Source: Barthelona sp. PCE (Eukaryota). Taken from it: a stretch of 64,000 nt of DNA. Both the position numbers and the translations under genes were made by a program. The stretch spans positions 806,001 to 870,000 of the forward strand of contig JAUFOR010000001.1 in assembly GCA_040285745.1 (NCBI GenBank), given 5' to 3'. Shown piece after piece: positions 10,150 to 25,200 of this stretch. How positions within the stretch are numbered: the first letter of the stretch is position 1; every line of letters starts with the position of its first letter. A model generated the notes under the pieces. That model ran no database searches. It had not been told where the DNA came from and was given only the letters and a program-made list of their open reading frames with translations.

Positions 10150-11876
10150 TTAGATGACAGCGACAATATCATCAATCTTAAGAATGGCATTAACAAGCTC
10201 GGTAGCGAGGGTTAAAGCACTTGTGTTGACCAAGAGAGGCTGAAGAATATCCAGCGATCTCATGTCGACAATCTCACCACTGTCACAGTTAATACCAGCA
10301 TAAGTGATACCTTCGTTGTGGGCAGCACGTAACTCAGTAACGACCTTGATGGCGTCAAGACCAGAGTTCTCAGCCAAAGTGGTAGGGATGATCTCGAGGG
10401 CATCGGAATAAGCTCTCATACAATGAGAGAGAACACCTGTAACCTCCTTCGACTTCTTGTACAAACGGAGGGCACACTCTGTTTCTGGGACACCACCACC
10501 GGGGAGAAGGAAAGGCTTCTTGATGAGGGCACGCATAACGCAGAGAGCATCGTGCAATGAACGCTCGGCTTCATCAAGCATGAGTTCGTTAGAACCACGA
10601 CAGAGAATAGAACAAGTGTGACCAGAGACACGAGGATGGTGACATCCTGTGATCTCGATGATAGAACCGCCCTCGATTGGCTTCTGAACAACGAGCTCGG
10701 CTGTACCCAACTTCTCAGGGGTGAAGTAAGAAATATCAGCTGTAGGAAGAGCGCCGGTAGCCTTTGAGATGAACTCCATCTCGCGACGATCAATGTCTCT
10801 GATGACCATGATCTTGGCCTTGCGAAGGTAGTGAAGTGCCAGGTCAGAAACAGGGTCACGAAGGGTCGACTTCTGGATTAAAAGAACGTTACACTTCGTT
10901 TTCTTGATTCTCTTGATCAGGGATCGAATGTAGTCACGTTCTTGTCTAAAGGCGCGGTCCATGGCCTCCTCGTCAGCAACGATAACAGACTGATCCATGT
11001 CGGTCTTAGGGGGGGAAAGACAGAACTGAATGAGACCAATCTTGGCGTTCTCGATACGAGAGGGTCCACCACGCATGGCGTGAGCAGCAACAACACCCTT
11101 GGAATCAGTGAGGGTGTTGGCAAAGATCAAACCATCAATGAAGTGAGTATCAGCAACAGTGGCACCAATCTTCTTGACAACACGGATGTTTGTAAGATCA
11201 ACGTTATCAACGAGGGCGGGGTCAACAATGGAGTTGACAGCACGAACGGCAATGGGAGCCAAGACGTCGGCGTATTGAGATACAATCTTTGACTGGAGAG
11301 ATGTTACAGCATTCTTCATCAGAACAGATTGATCAGTCAGATCAACGGGCAAAGCAATCTCGTTCAGGATCTTGACGGACTCAGCAAGACACTTCTGGAA
11401 TGATTGTGAGATCTGATTGGCGTGAATACCCTTCTCAAGAAGAACAAGTGCGGCTTCAAGCAGGGCACCAGCGAGTACAACAACGGATGTGGTACCATCA
11501 CCGGCTTCACTGTCTTGTGCCTTAGAGATATCAATAAGCATCTGAGCAGCAGGATGTGTAATTTGCAGGTTCTTCATGATGGTAGCACCATCATTGGAAA
11601 TAAGAACATCCTTATTCTCGTCCTAAGAGTGAGTTTATCAATGTAAAATAGCTATAAAGTAACATACAACAATCATCTTATCCATACCACGAGGACCAAG
11701 AGATGATCGAACTAAGTCGCAGATCTGCTTAGCATGCTTAATGTTGGACAGACGAACGTCCTTCTCTTTCTCCTAAATATAAGTAAAGTGTACATTCAGT
11801 TGACGCAAAATGCGAACGACGCTATCCATACAGTTTCAATGAGTGTCTCACCCTTTCGATATGTTGCAGAGCTCAT
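10150..11876 (-). CDS. CCT4: T-complex protein 1 subunit delta (CCT4), 3 exons: 11876-11832, 11772-11668, 11622-10150 (540 aa)
   Basis: GDGTTSV motif and CCT4-type [17 protein letters not shown]. Removing two phase-0 GT-AG introns restores the N-terminal DVRLSNI...[30 protein letters not shown]. Confidence 0.95.
11623..11667 (-). other. Spliceosomal intron 2 of CCT4 (45 nt)
   Basis: GTATGT...ACTCACTCTTAG; joins conserved MDKMIV to [12 protein letters not shown]. Confidence 0.92.
11773..11831 (-). other. Spliceosomal intron 1 of CCT4 (59 nt)
   Basis: GTATGG...ACTTATATTTAG; contains an in-frame stop; splicing restores the frame. Confidence 0.85.
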
Positions 11877-12092
11877 GTGTGTACAGTTTAGTGTGATAAC
11901 TACGGAAAGAAGTGAATAATAACAACAACAATGTTCTCCTTTCGATAATGCTTATAAAACTGCCCACATGCCCTTCCCAAGCTTTATTAAGACTACTTTT
12001 AGTGTTGAAAGTGTATGCGCGTGTATACATGATGAGTTCTATTCCAACTTGCATTAACTTTTTTGTCTTACTTTCTGCGTTTTTTGTAGTCT

Positions 12093-13244
12093 ATGAACGG
12101 CAGCATTGGGGCTAATCTTTCGTCTTCGTTTGCGAATCTTACAACAACAGACGCCAACGGTGTACCACACAGTTTCTCATCTTTTAGTGAGAATATGGAC
12201 TCAACATTCGTTGAAACCATGCAGAATAATCATAAGAAAAGACTTGTAGGCATAATGGAGCAAAACAACAGTCTTTTAGAGGAGAAAAATCGTGAAATTG
12301 CAGAGCTACAACAGCAGCTTCAATCACAACACGATGATGCGTTACAGCGCGAGGCGCTCCTCCGTGCGGAGTTCCAGAACCTACGCCAATTGCATGCGGA
12401 TCAAATGAATGATCAGCAGCTAATTTTTGATCAAGAACGTGAGAAACAGATGGAAATCGAGGCAGAGCTTAAGGAACAGTACGAAAGCAGCATCGAGTTG
12501 CTTAAAAAGAGCCATGAGGAGCAGCTGCTAGCCATTGAAAATGATATTCAACATAACTTGCAACAACAAGAAATTGCAAAACAAGATATTCTCAAGGATG
12601 AGTTAACAAAACAGCATAGTATGGATCAACGGTTCCAAAACAGTATGGTCCAGATGCGCAACAGTCATTTGGATGTGATCAAGAGATATAAGGGAACTAT
12701 CAAACAAGAACAATTACTGAACAGCGAGCTGAGGGAAGAAATTTGTACACTTACTTTGAATAAGAACAATGAAGTAATGTTATTAAACAACGAGTTGAAG
12801 GATATGAAGCGTAAATATAATAATTTAGATGGTCAATATAAGAAAGAAATGAAGACTTTGCATGAACGTACTCTATCGTTCCAAAATGATATGGAAGGAG
12901 TCCAAAGACAGTTTTCTGGGAAGCTTAGGACTGAACGAAACAACTATGCAAGTGAGATTAAGAGATTAAATAACACAATCAGAACACTAAGGATGAATTT
13001 GGAGGAAAAAGAAAAATTGTATCAACGCAGAATTAAATCTAATGCTAGTGAAGTAGCTTCACTGAATGCCACGCTTATTAAGGCACAAACAGAGCTGTCA
13101 AATATTAGAGATACCCAGACCATGAGCAGTTTGGCAAAACACGAACTGCATCTTGCGCAAAGCGATCGATTGAGACTTACACATGAATTAGCTGCAAGTA
13201 GACGCGATGCCAACAGATACAGCAACTTTATATATGGTCGATAA
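12093..13244 (+). CDS. Hypothetical coiled-coil protein
   Basis: 383-aa ORF, Q/E/L-rich heptad pattern through most of its length. Confidence 0.65.
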   Translation: MNGSIGANLSSSFANLTTTDANGVPHSFSSFSENMDSTFVETMQNNHKKRLVGIMEQNNSLLEEKNREIAELQQQLQSQHDDALQREALLRAEFQNLRQLHADQMNDQQLIFDQEREKQMEIEAELKEQYESSIELLKKSHEEQLLAIENDIQHNLQQQEIAKQDILKDELTKQHSMDQRFQNSMVQMRNSHLDVIKRYKGTIKQEQLLNSELREEICTLTLNKNNEVMLLNNELKDMKRKYNNLDGQYKKEMKTLHERTLSFQNDMEGVQRQFSGKLRTERNNYASEIKRLNNTIRTLRMNLEEKEKLYQRRIKSNASEVASLNATLIKAQTELSNIRDTQTMSSLAKHELHLAQSDRLRLTHELAASRRDANRYSNFIYGR

Positions 13245-13288
13245 GATTATTCCAGTGTAAAATTATTGTTTTGGATTTCTATCCCATT

Positions 13289-16200
13289 ATGCATTTGCTA
13301 TTAAAGCATAAATGGATACTTTTGATAATTTTCATGACTCTGGTCACGTGTATCCGAGTTGAAGATTATCTCCCTGAGCAATATAGCGACTTTTTTGGGG
13401 AAAGCGAAGATTTTCATATTTATACACGTGTATTTCAAACAGTGAGGGGCTTATCAATTGTCACTGGGCGCTTTTACAAACCATCTACCACATACACACA
13501 AAGTATTCAGCCTTCATTTGTCATATCTACTGGGTGTTCTGTTCAACCCAAAGCCATAACATGTAGCACACATCATCAGCGCCAGCTGACAGATATGAGT
13601 GCCCCAGCAGATGGCTCGCTAATAGGTGGAGCGCTATGGGCCACAACATACATGAAGGGTATAAAACAGTTTTTAACAATTAACGTAGCTTTTGTTAGCA
13701 GCTCAGATCTTATTCAAATACAAGTGGATTTCAATTGTCACACATTTAAGTTTCTTGAAGAGGAAGTATCAAAGATAGAAAAAGTTTTTACAAAATTTTT
13801 TGGTTGTATTGAAGATCACTGTTTAGCAATGATATCTGACACATATGAACACAGTGTTTTTTTGGGTAGAACAACAAGCTTAAATTGTGATAGTCAGTTA
13901 GAAAATATTTTGGCACGTCATACACCAATTGGTATGCATTATATCCAAGATGACTGGAATAATTATATATATCTTCAATTTGAAGACCTCACAAAGAAAT
14001 GTGTTAGATATAATGCAAAGATTTTTCAAAGCGAACAGTCTGATGAGATATGTTATCATCCTCATATTGACCTCTCAGCAAACTATCAGTATTATTACAG
14101 TCCTCTATTACCTGAACACCCCAATCTTGACGACTATTTTATATCTATTGGTAAAGAAATTAGAGTATTTAGAAAAGAATTATTATGTCCAGGAGGTTAT
14201 AAGCAGGTTAGCATTTTGAATTCCAAAACTCAAGGTATTTACGTGTGTTATGTTGGCAGTGTATTATATATTGAATCACCAGTTATATTACCAAACACAA
14301 CAGTTTTTTTCGCCAACACAATTATGTGTGCTTCACGAAAATCCGAAAATGGACTAATTTTGAAACAGATGCGTGGAAGAGTATTTGTTTCAAAAAAAAC
14401 ATACTTTAATATAACGGCTGACATCAGCATGGAACTGCTGCATATGTATGAGGGTGATTTTCGAGCTATTGGTCTTTCCATTCGAAGTGAACAGTTCTAT
14501 ATGATTGACACTGATTTCACAGTGAAAGACACGCAACTGAACATAGGATACGGTGTTTTTCGATACACTCCCGTTGAAAATACTACAATTATTGTTCAAA
14601 ACTCCCTAACAATACATGGATGTTCTTTAAGCTCATGTGACATTGTAATTCTTCCATTTGCTCGTCTATTTTCTGTAGAAAACGAAAAATTGTGGACAAC
14701 ACTTACTCTCATGAACGCAGCCAGTTTATATGGTGATATTGAAGTTGTGAGTGCCTTAATTGGTCGTTATTCATATATTGATACAGTTCTAAACTGCGAG
14801 TTATGTGTAATTGATGAACTTACGACTACAATATCACATGAAGTTGATTCAATTTCAAAAACTGGATTTGTTGACGAATCGCGAATTAATCAGAAACTAA
14901 TATCAGATGATGCGTGCACCAGTGAAGAATTCCGCATAAAGCAGGAGGATAAAATGGATTATGTGTATGATGACGATACTGCCACACTTTCTGTGGATGG
15001 CTTGCAGTTTTCTCCAGCAGATATGCCATTCCAACTTCCACAAGATGAAACAACACCAAGCATCGGTAGCATGAGCAGCAACAACGGATCAACCATTATT
15101 CTTATGAATGAATTAATTAGTGAACCTGTTCTGCTGGAGGCCAAGATCGTTCGTATCGCTGACTCGGAATTCTTGGATACCATAACAGTGATAGGACATT
15201 CTTTTTTCGAAGGGGTAGTTTTCCATGATGAAGTAACCATTCATGGTGATGTATATATAGAGGGGAAAGGGGAACAGAAAAAAAAAAAATATATAGAAGT
15301 TCCTGTTTCAGATGTCCTGTTAACAGTTGTGAACGGTAGTTTATGGACAGGGGACATGATAAATGTGTCCCTCACGCTACTTGGTGACACAGTAATCTAT
15401 GGAGAAGATGACGGTGTTGAGCTTTTTGAATCAAGAATCTTGTGCTCTGGTATCTGTCATATATACAATGTTCATTTTGGGTTGGATACAGTAATTGAGG
15501 TTTCAAAAAATGCATCACTTACCATAGATAGTAGCTGCTCTGCAGATCAACCGGTTCCTCTTTGGCTAAGTGACAGCGCACAGTTCTCTTCTCAATCTAA
15601 CCTATTCTTCAGTGTTCAACACGTTGGTTCTTCTGTTGACCTAATCGACAATAAGTTATATGGAAATTGGAGTACTAGTCATGGCAGAACAGTTGTTCAT
15701 ATGCCAAACAAGGAATTTGAAACGATGTCTACTTTAACAACCGAGCTTGAGGATAATGTGTTCTATAACATGAAATTGAGCTATTTAGAAGTATCATATC
15801 CAATAAGTCTACATAATTTAACGGTTGATGTACTGGTTGTGAATGGTTGTGATATCAATCTTTTTGATTGCAATATTCGGGAATTGAGGGTGATTAGATC
15901 AAGCCATATAGTAACATATGGAACATGCATCATAGGTAAATTTAATTTTACAAGCGACACGGTAACATTTAAAGGCGGAGGGGATAACCCTACAATACAT
16001 TTTGGAACTGTAATTTTTAGTTCAGCTGTGGATATGAAAATGTCAAGCTATTATCTGTTAACCTTTGAAATGATTACTACATTCAGAACATTCAAATTTT
16101 TCAGTAACTTTATTGAATTTAGAACAGTAGATTTACAAAACAATGCGTTTTTTGAAATTTTTGGTATCATCCGTAGATGGGATCTATTAAAGGGCAACGG

Positions 16201-19200
16201 GTTCAACTGCTATTTTAAATTAACTCATGTAATAATCCCCAATATCTTTACCATTGATAACTACATGGGTCATCTCGTACCAATGGTTTTCAATGTAACA
16301 GAACTTCGTATTTTAGATTCTGAGGTAAAAGTATCTGGTGAAGGTGGTGTTTCCATGGAGAATTTATTCTTGTCCAACTCTGGTGCAACATTCAGTCCGT
16401 CATACTTTATGTTATCCAAATCTATGATTATAGATTCATTCAGATTTACTGATGTTCAAAATTTTAAATATCAGGGTTTTAAATATGCTTTAGAAGTAAG
16501 AATTGGTGGGGAAACTAAATCGCTTGGTGTTTATATTAAGGGATCGGTATCTTACAATCCTGAAAATATTGACCCTAACGATAATCATCTCTTTCTTTCT
16601 TGTTCAGGCATATGTGTACTAGATTTAGATATTCCAGAAGACATTAAAGGAAAATGGTTTATTTTACCTTTATATACAAAACATGATCAAATAATTTTCT
16701 TAAAGGAAGTATTTTTTGTTCCATGTTTTTATCCAACATCAAATTTTACAGAGACTTTTTTTTCCTTCAAAACATTTGAAGCAGAAAATTGTCTCGGTGA
16801 TACATTCTCTATTGGTCGTGATCCTGATATAAGTGAAAAAGGCTTTACTATGACTGAGATGTATGATTATTCAGAATCAAACGACAAGGTATACATAATT
16901 CGTTCGATGGGATCGTTAGAGAACTGGGATATGCAGTGTGAAGGGCTTCCTTGTGCACAAATTGTTATGATTATTGATGAAAACACCTATTTCCATGGTG
17001 TAACTTACACCCAAATCAATCTTAAAGTCGATATCGTTGTCCTACCAGGAGCAACATTTAAATTTGATTATATATGTGACGATTACACCATGAACCAATT
17101 GGAAAGTAATGATTTCGACTCTTTAATGACGATATTCGGCTCTCCTACATCCCAAATTGATGTGCAATCAATTTCAAGTGGAGAAATCTGGCCGATAAAA
17201 CTGGTTACAATGGGTGGCTTAACTTCAAACTATGGAAGATACTCATTACTGCTAGTTTTTAGTGTTGAACATATCTCTATCAAGGGAGGCTCAATATTAA
17301 CATATCCAGCAATGAGACATTATCGATGCGTTTTGTTTGGAGATCTGAATATTGACAGCCATATAACAATGAATTTGACAATGACTAAGGAACTATGGAT
17401 TGGCTCTGTTGGAGATAAAGACATTAATATTCGATATAGTGTTTTGCGATCTAGTACAAAAATGTTTGTTTTGTATGATACTTTTTTCTCTATTACCTCT
17501 GTTGATCAAGATCCTACTTTGTCTGTATTTATTCAATCATATCATAGCCCCACATTATTTGATTGTAATTTGGTTGTAACCCAAATATTTACAGAAGACC
17601 GAATGTTTTTTGCTGGAACCAACTATTTTGAGGAAGCTACATCATTTAATATGGGAGGATACAAAGTTTATATTGCAGAAAATAGCATTACAACAATTAC
17701 AAGTTCAGATTTACGTTTTAATGTTGACTATATCATTCTTCCAGGTGCAGTGTTAAATTTTACATGTTTAGAATGCGATGTATATGGTAGTACCAAGGAT
17801 ATATATAATTATGGCGATTTGATTCTCCACAGCTTCATTAAGGAAGCATCATACATAAAGATACCTTTGCAAAGTATATTTAACTTCAAAACAGTCTTCT
17901 TCAGCGAATCAAACATTGATTTTGAAACAACAAAAGTAATTTGTGATAAGCAAACAATTCCCCGACCAATTCTAAAATTTTCTTCTGCTAATCCTGCTAT
18001 TCCAGTTGTCAAGGTCCTTGAAAATAATCCTTTCGCTATATCGCATACTTTATGTTCATCTTGTAGCATAGTTTTTAATATTTCTGCATTTGATGCACCA
18101 ATTGAGAATATAGATGTAAGCTGCTTTCCATCTGTTGCTTTTGTTGACTTTGGTGAAATGCCAATTTCCTTAAGTACTTTTTCAGTTCCAAATAATGAAT
18201 ATCCAATATTATTTTCCATCAAGTACTCTGATAATTTGGTACTACCTGCAGGAAATTTCCGTGGTCTCAATATCGATTGCAATAAGTTGATGTCTGACCT
18301 TTCACTCGGTGGGAAGGCTACAATTTCAACAGTCAATGCTAATACAATGACTCTGAATTATGACTGTTCAAATACAAGTGCCTTCATCACATTTACTGAG
18401 GAGGAAGTCAGTTTCATAAACATAATTGGTACTGCTTTCATCAAAGCGGATGAATTAAATAGTTTTTTTGCCGAAATGGACACCAATGTCATTTTCAAGT
18501 GTAATTTTTTTGAAACAACAATGAATGATTGGAAAAGTAATTGGATAGTTGATACTTTTGATTTGAGCATTGATCTTGGTGGAATGCTTTCTAACAATGA
18601 ATTTAGTTTTATCATTAGAAAAAAGGTTATTGTTAGCATTAACAACATGATTTTTGATCGACGTTTCACATTTTTAGCTGGTGAAATTCTGATATCCGGT
18701 AACATTCCAGTTACTTTGAACTTTATCAATTGTGTTACATATTCTAATTTTTACATATCCTCAACACAAATCATCGATCTTACGTTCTTTTTTGATTCTG
18801 CATCTTATGGAAAACCTTACATTACAGAAATATATTCGCATGCATCCTTAATGTTCTATCTTAACGATAACAGTGAAACTTTCATTAAACTGATGGAAAC
18901 CGATGTACAAAATGTGGATTTCTATTTCGGTTACAATTCCAAATTAGTACTTATTGGAAATCAGTTAAGCATCAACTACAATAACGTATCAGAATTTGAT
19001 GCGTATACCAGACCAATAGTACATATATTTGTCGAAAATGTTACACTAAGCATTAATACACCTATCAAACATTGTGTTTTTTCGTTCAATTCTCTCAAAG
19101 ATATATTCAAATGGAGTACCAACTCAAGTGTGGTTGAAGAGGTGACTGTCAATGTTTCTTCAGTGCAATATTCTGAGTTTGTCAGTAACATCTACTACAT

Positions 19201-22200
19201 GTATAATGTTACCTTTGAGCTTACACACAATCCGAACAATATACTTATGTTTAACATGCACCTGATGAACGTTACAGCAGATGTGTCAGCAAACGCCACA
19301 ACCGTTGGTCTCAGTTCTTTTATGAGTATCGTACAATTTGCCTCAAGTGAATTCAACTTTAACGCTGTCTCGGTGAGCACTGATATATTTTTGACAAACG
19401 TGTCAGGTGGAGCACAGTTATTCGTTGAATGTGATGTTAAATCTCAAAATTTCATAGCTGATGAATTGCGCACTTACGATTCATACATCAATGGCAGTTT
19501 TGCAGGGCATGTACATGCATACGGACTCAGTGAACTCGATATTCAGCTGGACGATGAGGCCTATATTCACTATTTTGTGAAGGATCAACTTTTATTAACG
19601 AGCGATTCGTATTTGTTCCTAGTTTGTGGATCATGTGTAGTGGCAAACAGCCCAGATGTCATTGTCCACGCGTACATAGCACTGGATGTCTTAAACTCGA
19701 CAGTCAGGATTGCATTGATGAACCCTGGGATGGAGCTCAACATTGACGAAAGTTCAGAGTGCTTTGTGAGAACGTACTACCACGAACTCACACTTCACCC
19801 TTTTCCAGATCAAGAAGCAGGTGTATTCATCGCGTGTGCTGGTATAAAAAATGTGAAGAAAACATACGACTATTCCATACTGGTTATCTGTCAACACCAT
19901 CCAAGTGTGGTGATCTCAGATGCATTCATATTAAACATTGCTAGCGACACCCTTTTAGTTCAACAGCCAAAAGAGGGTGTGCATTTGTACGTTGATGCTG
20001 ATGTTTCCACTGATTGGATTCAGATCGTTTCTGAAGAAACTGGTCACAGTACGGATATTTCCGTTGGTTCTTTCTCGCCATACGGTATATTAAATTCTTG
20101 TTCAGTGGAAGCGCTTTGGTTTTCAAACGTGCATGTAACATGTTCAGGAACGCTGCTGGACCATCATGACTTGACGTATATAGTATGTGATATTGGAGGC
20201 TGTATTGACCCCGTCACCGTTGTTTTATCCCACGATCGCGTCACGTTCTCTATAGACAGGGCCCTATACCAACATTTCAGTGTTGTGTCAAAGGATAAAG
20301 ATTTAAGTTTGTCTTCATTTTCCGTTACCCAGGAGCTGCGTTATGTTGACGTGAAGTGCCCATCCTTGTTGGACGGATCAAATAGCATTAATGTAACATT
20401 TCCTTTCCCCATTCATAGCAATGATACGATCGCTTATCAACCCGTACACTTAAAGCGGTTATCTGACAGCGCGATATTTGAATTTACTAATGTTTCAATC
20501 GAGAACAGCACTATTTCATGTGTTCCACAGCTTCTGATAGGAAAAGAGTTGTATCGTTTGGTAATGCCAAAAGCGTATAAAGGAGATGACATTCAGTTAG
20601 TTCTCAACGCTTTCTCGCCGGAATCGGTGACAATTGAGCATCTGGGCACCAAGTTGAAGATTAGTGGAGTTGGTGTAATTGATACCTTTTCGAACTCATA
20701 CAAATACTTCTTAGATGGAATCTATTCAAATAGTTTGATAACCTTTAACAATGTGTTTGTAAGTGTTTCGCATTTTTCATGGTGTCCTGGTGAAACAAAG
20801 ACTCTTTTAATGAGTGGTTACAGTATATCAAATGAACTATTAGTCACCAGGCCTATGGAGACTGTAGAGTTTTTGTTTGAAAACAATGAAGTTCTTTTGA
20901 CGACTAGAAGTTCTCTGTATAAAAACTGTTTGGACATCTCACACAACGGTCGTTTGGACGAGGATTCCCTCATAGTGAGCACTACCGATAACCTAGTGTT
21001 CAAGATTTACTTTGAGCAGGCGGTTCCGGGTCTAGAACTTACGGTGTTGGGAGAAACTGCTTCGGAGTTTGTCCCTGACCCTACAGTTTCCTCGGTCGAC
21101 CGCGTAACTGCTGCAACAGACAACATGGTCTTGCGATTGAGCGGTTCCGGGCTGGGAGGTAATGCGGTGATGCGCCATCTATCAGTGCGCTTTGGTTCGT
21201 ACGATTGCACCATTTCTGACGCTTCTGAGACCGAGATATTGTGTAGTATAGAAGGGGTTGGAGCTGATCTTCAGCTGGAGCTCACTATTGGAACATATAC
21301 GGAATCCCTGTCGCAGAGAGTATCGTTCGACCCACCTATTTTGAAGAGTATAGTACCTCCGCTCGCCGGGTGTGTCTCTGACACTGTTGCCGTAATTCGG
21401 GGCATGAATTTCGGTATCGGTTCAGTTGAAGTAACCATTTCCCTCCCTGACGGTTCAACAACCACATCATCTCTAGTATCCGCATCCCACGGCTTATTAA
21501 GCGTCACAATTCCGGGAGACCCCACTGGAGAATGCTCTGGTTTTGCTGCAGTGTCAATTAGAACTGGTGGACAGACATCAAACCCACTAATTGTGGCGTA
21601 CGCTGTTGTTGGCTCGGTAGCTCCCGCCATTGTCCCTGCATCAGAGACTGCAACAATGCTAACGCTCGATGTTAGCAATGCTTATGCGGAACCTGTGCTC
21701 GTGCTGGTCGATGATGACGTCAGTATTGAGATCACCTGCACATACACCTCTTATAGAGTTACATGTAACACAGTTCTCAACGAACCGCGCACATACACTC
21801 CCTTCCTCTGCGATGGAACAACTGAGCTTGATGAATGCGAGGAGCCAAGCGGCTCTGTTACTGTATTCGGGGTAGAGCAGGACAGGCTCCTCACAGCAGG
21901 AAGCAACAGCGAAGCACGTGCGAGGTTCACGCTCGTCAATGTCGACTTCGACTTCGATCTGCGCAACATCGACTGGATTTCCACTCCCGTTGTTTCATCA
22001 CTTCTGATCGAAGGCAGCGTCGCTGATCCCTACTCCGCAGTGTTTGACTACGGTGCAGGGCAGCTCCCGCTTGAACCACAGCTTCTCAGTGTGGGTATTA
22101 TCCTGCAAGACGAGCTTGTTGTCTCTGGAGATCGTTTCGTAGTGAGCTCAGACTACCCACTTGATCAGGTATCTGTCACACTCAACGGAACCAACATCTA

Positions 22201-25200
22201 CTGCACCTCGCGTGTTGTTGATTCCACCACACTGCATGACTGTGTCGCGAACGTTGATCCCGGTGACTACGTAGTCAGATACACATCAACCGAGATCACA
22301 ACTTCTGTCGGGCTGCTCAGCGTGTACACGGTTACTAGCATTGAACCGCAGACTGTGTTTAGTGATAAACCTTTTGAAGTCATCATCACTGGATATAACC
22401 TGCCTGAAGTTGATGATCCCTTCTGTCAGTGGACTGTCTCACACATATCGTGCATCTCTACCGGTATTTCTGATGCACAGACAGTTGTTTTTGACTGGAT
22501 ATCAACGCCTATCACTGTCGACCCGTTCCCAGTGCTTGACCTTCCCGCTTTCGCTTACGTCAACACATCTTATGATATTTCATGCTCTGAGAACTGTGAT
22601 TTTCTTGTGAACAACACCGTGTTTACTACAACAACGGGAGACAAACCACTCGTCGCTTGTAACAATGCACACTGCGCTGTCTTCTCGAGTATCACCATTT
22701 CAGAGCCTGTGATCACTTCAATATCACCGCTGACCGTGAGTGTGACGAGTATAAGACCTATTACAGTTGCTGGACATTCATTCAAGCCGAGTTGCGTCTG
22801 TGACATAAGCGGCGAACGCGAGACGACTGTTGTTGACGATAGCACCATCATTTGCGATGTACCAACGGACGTAAACGTATATGGTGTTAATATTGTGTGC
22901 AACGGTATTGCATCGAACATGGAGTACTTCCAGGTTTCGCCCGTGCTCAGTCCCTACTGCCTTGCGGGTATTCCCACGTCGCTTGGCCCCATATTCAATG
23001 CGCAATCTGTCGCATCAGTGAGAGAAAGCAGGTGCATGCTTCAGCCGTCCGATCCGGTCAAGAAAAGTTCCTTTGTGTTTGATGGGGCGACCGATACCGT
23101 CGTGGATGGTGTTCTTGTGTCGTACTTTGACACATGCAACGTCCCATCAGTCAACATAAGCATTGGTGATGTGTCCCTTATTGTTAACTCAGATGCGACA
23201 TGCGACCGTTTGCCTTCGTTCGCCACCACACATAAGGTGTGCGCGTATAAGGTGGACATGTTCGTTGTGTCACCTGGCATGATCGTTGACGTATCAGTTA
23301 TTGATGGGTGCGACGCAACAAGCATCAACTCGATCGATCTCGTTGAGTTGCAACTTCTACAACCAGTGTCTGTCGCGATCACGCCCCCTACCACCGTTAG
23401 GGCGAATCCAGGAGACGTTTCAATCTCAGTTTCACTTGCGAACATATTCGGTGCACAAGTGACGCACGAGTATTTTGTTGATTACTGCAAACATTCATAT
23501 TCAGGCATTCTACCTGTCTTTGTGCTGCCACTGTGCCGCACATCATCTGAAGCGCTAACGGTAACGGCTTTTGATTCAATATCAAACGTGACGTTGAAGG
23601 CCAGCACGGTAATCGAGCCAACGCTCGGTGATGTCTTTGACCTCTCGTTCAGTAGCGTGGATGTTGAAGTTTGGAGCCGGGAAGCCGAGCATGTTCTGCA
23701 GTTCAACGCTACAGACTGGCTTGGCCGCAATGTTGATACTTCTTTTTCAACAAGCGGTTCTTGCAATGGTACGGTGCTCGCTGTATCAGCTGCATCAATC
23801 AGGTTCAACGCGTCATACGAACAGATAAGGAACTGCAGCCTCTGCGCAAGCAAATTCTGTGTCCCGTTGGTTGTTAATGAGCTGGAGTATGTGCACCGCT
23901 CATTCGACCTCACTGTATTCGGAGTAGTCGGTCCTGGTACGATATACATTGAGCCGAAAAATATTCCGCCACATGTACGCGTGTCGGAGTTGAATAGCAC
24001 TATAGCACACATCTCGGTTATTGCGCAAAACATTGAGGTAGACTCGATCGAGTTCATGCTCAATATGTCAGCGCAAAGCATTCCATACGCAATAAGCGAC
24101 CTCGCACCAGGAAGCATCTTAACATTTTCCCTACTATCTTCCAATGAGACTGTCGCTTTTGCGAATGCAACGATTGAGTGTCCAACGAGCACTGTCTGGT
24201 CAAGTACTACGCGGACGTGCGTCTGTGACAGGGGTACTTTCATTTCATCAACCGATCCTCTCTCGTGCGCACCGTGTGGTGAGGGGTTCTACCAGCCCGA
24301 CATACACAGCGCTGTTTGCTTTGAATGTCACGGAACGTTTACCTCACCATTACAAGCGCAATCTCAGGCAGAATGTTTCTGTCCCAACGGAACTGAGCTT
24401 CATAATTCAGTCTGTATCAAGTGTCCTGTACACTACATCTGCCGTAACGGTGAGCGAGTAGGTGTCCAAGCCGGATTCTACTCTGCCACATCAGTGCGGC
24501 CGTGTATTGATGCCTCTTCGTGTCTAGAGGTCTCCACGCTGAATACCACGTTGTGTAGCAGTGGGAGAAGCGGATATCTGTGCCACAATTGTGATAGTAC
24601 TCGTGTTTCCCGCTATAGTGAATGCGGTTCCGTAAAGATCGGTCCAAACACTGTTGCTGGTGTGATTCTTCTCGTTTGGTGCATTGTGTGCGCCTTTATT
24701 CCTGGCGTTCACTCGGTTTTTGCACTAAGTAGGGTGGCTATCAGCACAGGATCATTATTTAACCTACTAAACATGGATAACCGATGGTTTACAGTTGCAC
24801 TCGGTGATTTTGAGCTTGATTCTTTCGTCATTGGTGACATATCTACAATTGTTATTCTACCAACCGTTTTATATCTTGCATTCTACCGTTTGAAACACAC
24901 AAAACATAGTTTTAGGCTTTTTAGATTTGTATTTCCACTTGTCTTCCACTTTCTGTGGTCATTTGCAATGAGTTTTCCTGCACTGTCGATATCTCATACG
25001 CTCCAACTGTTTTCACACAATATATTCGTCTCAATAATGTGCTACTTGACAGCACTTTCCTTTTTGCTGTATAAGAAAAGATATGAATATCTGAGCACAA
25101 TTGTCTTTTTGTTGTACTCCTCTGTCACTCTTTTCACATATTCCTTAAGACTACTTATAACTTTACTTATCGTTGTCAGCATTCTTACATTCTATTCTGT

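Noticed and set aside
23482-24243. Long antisense ORFs (this one and e.g. 59006-59635, 62011-62601, 38164-38742)
   Set aside because: Shadows of well-supported genes on the opposite strand, with no independent motifs.
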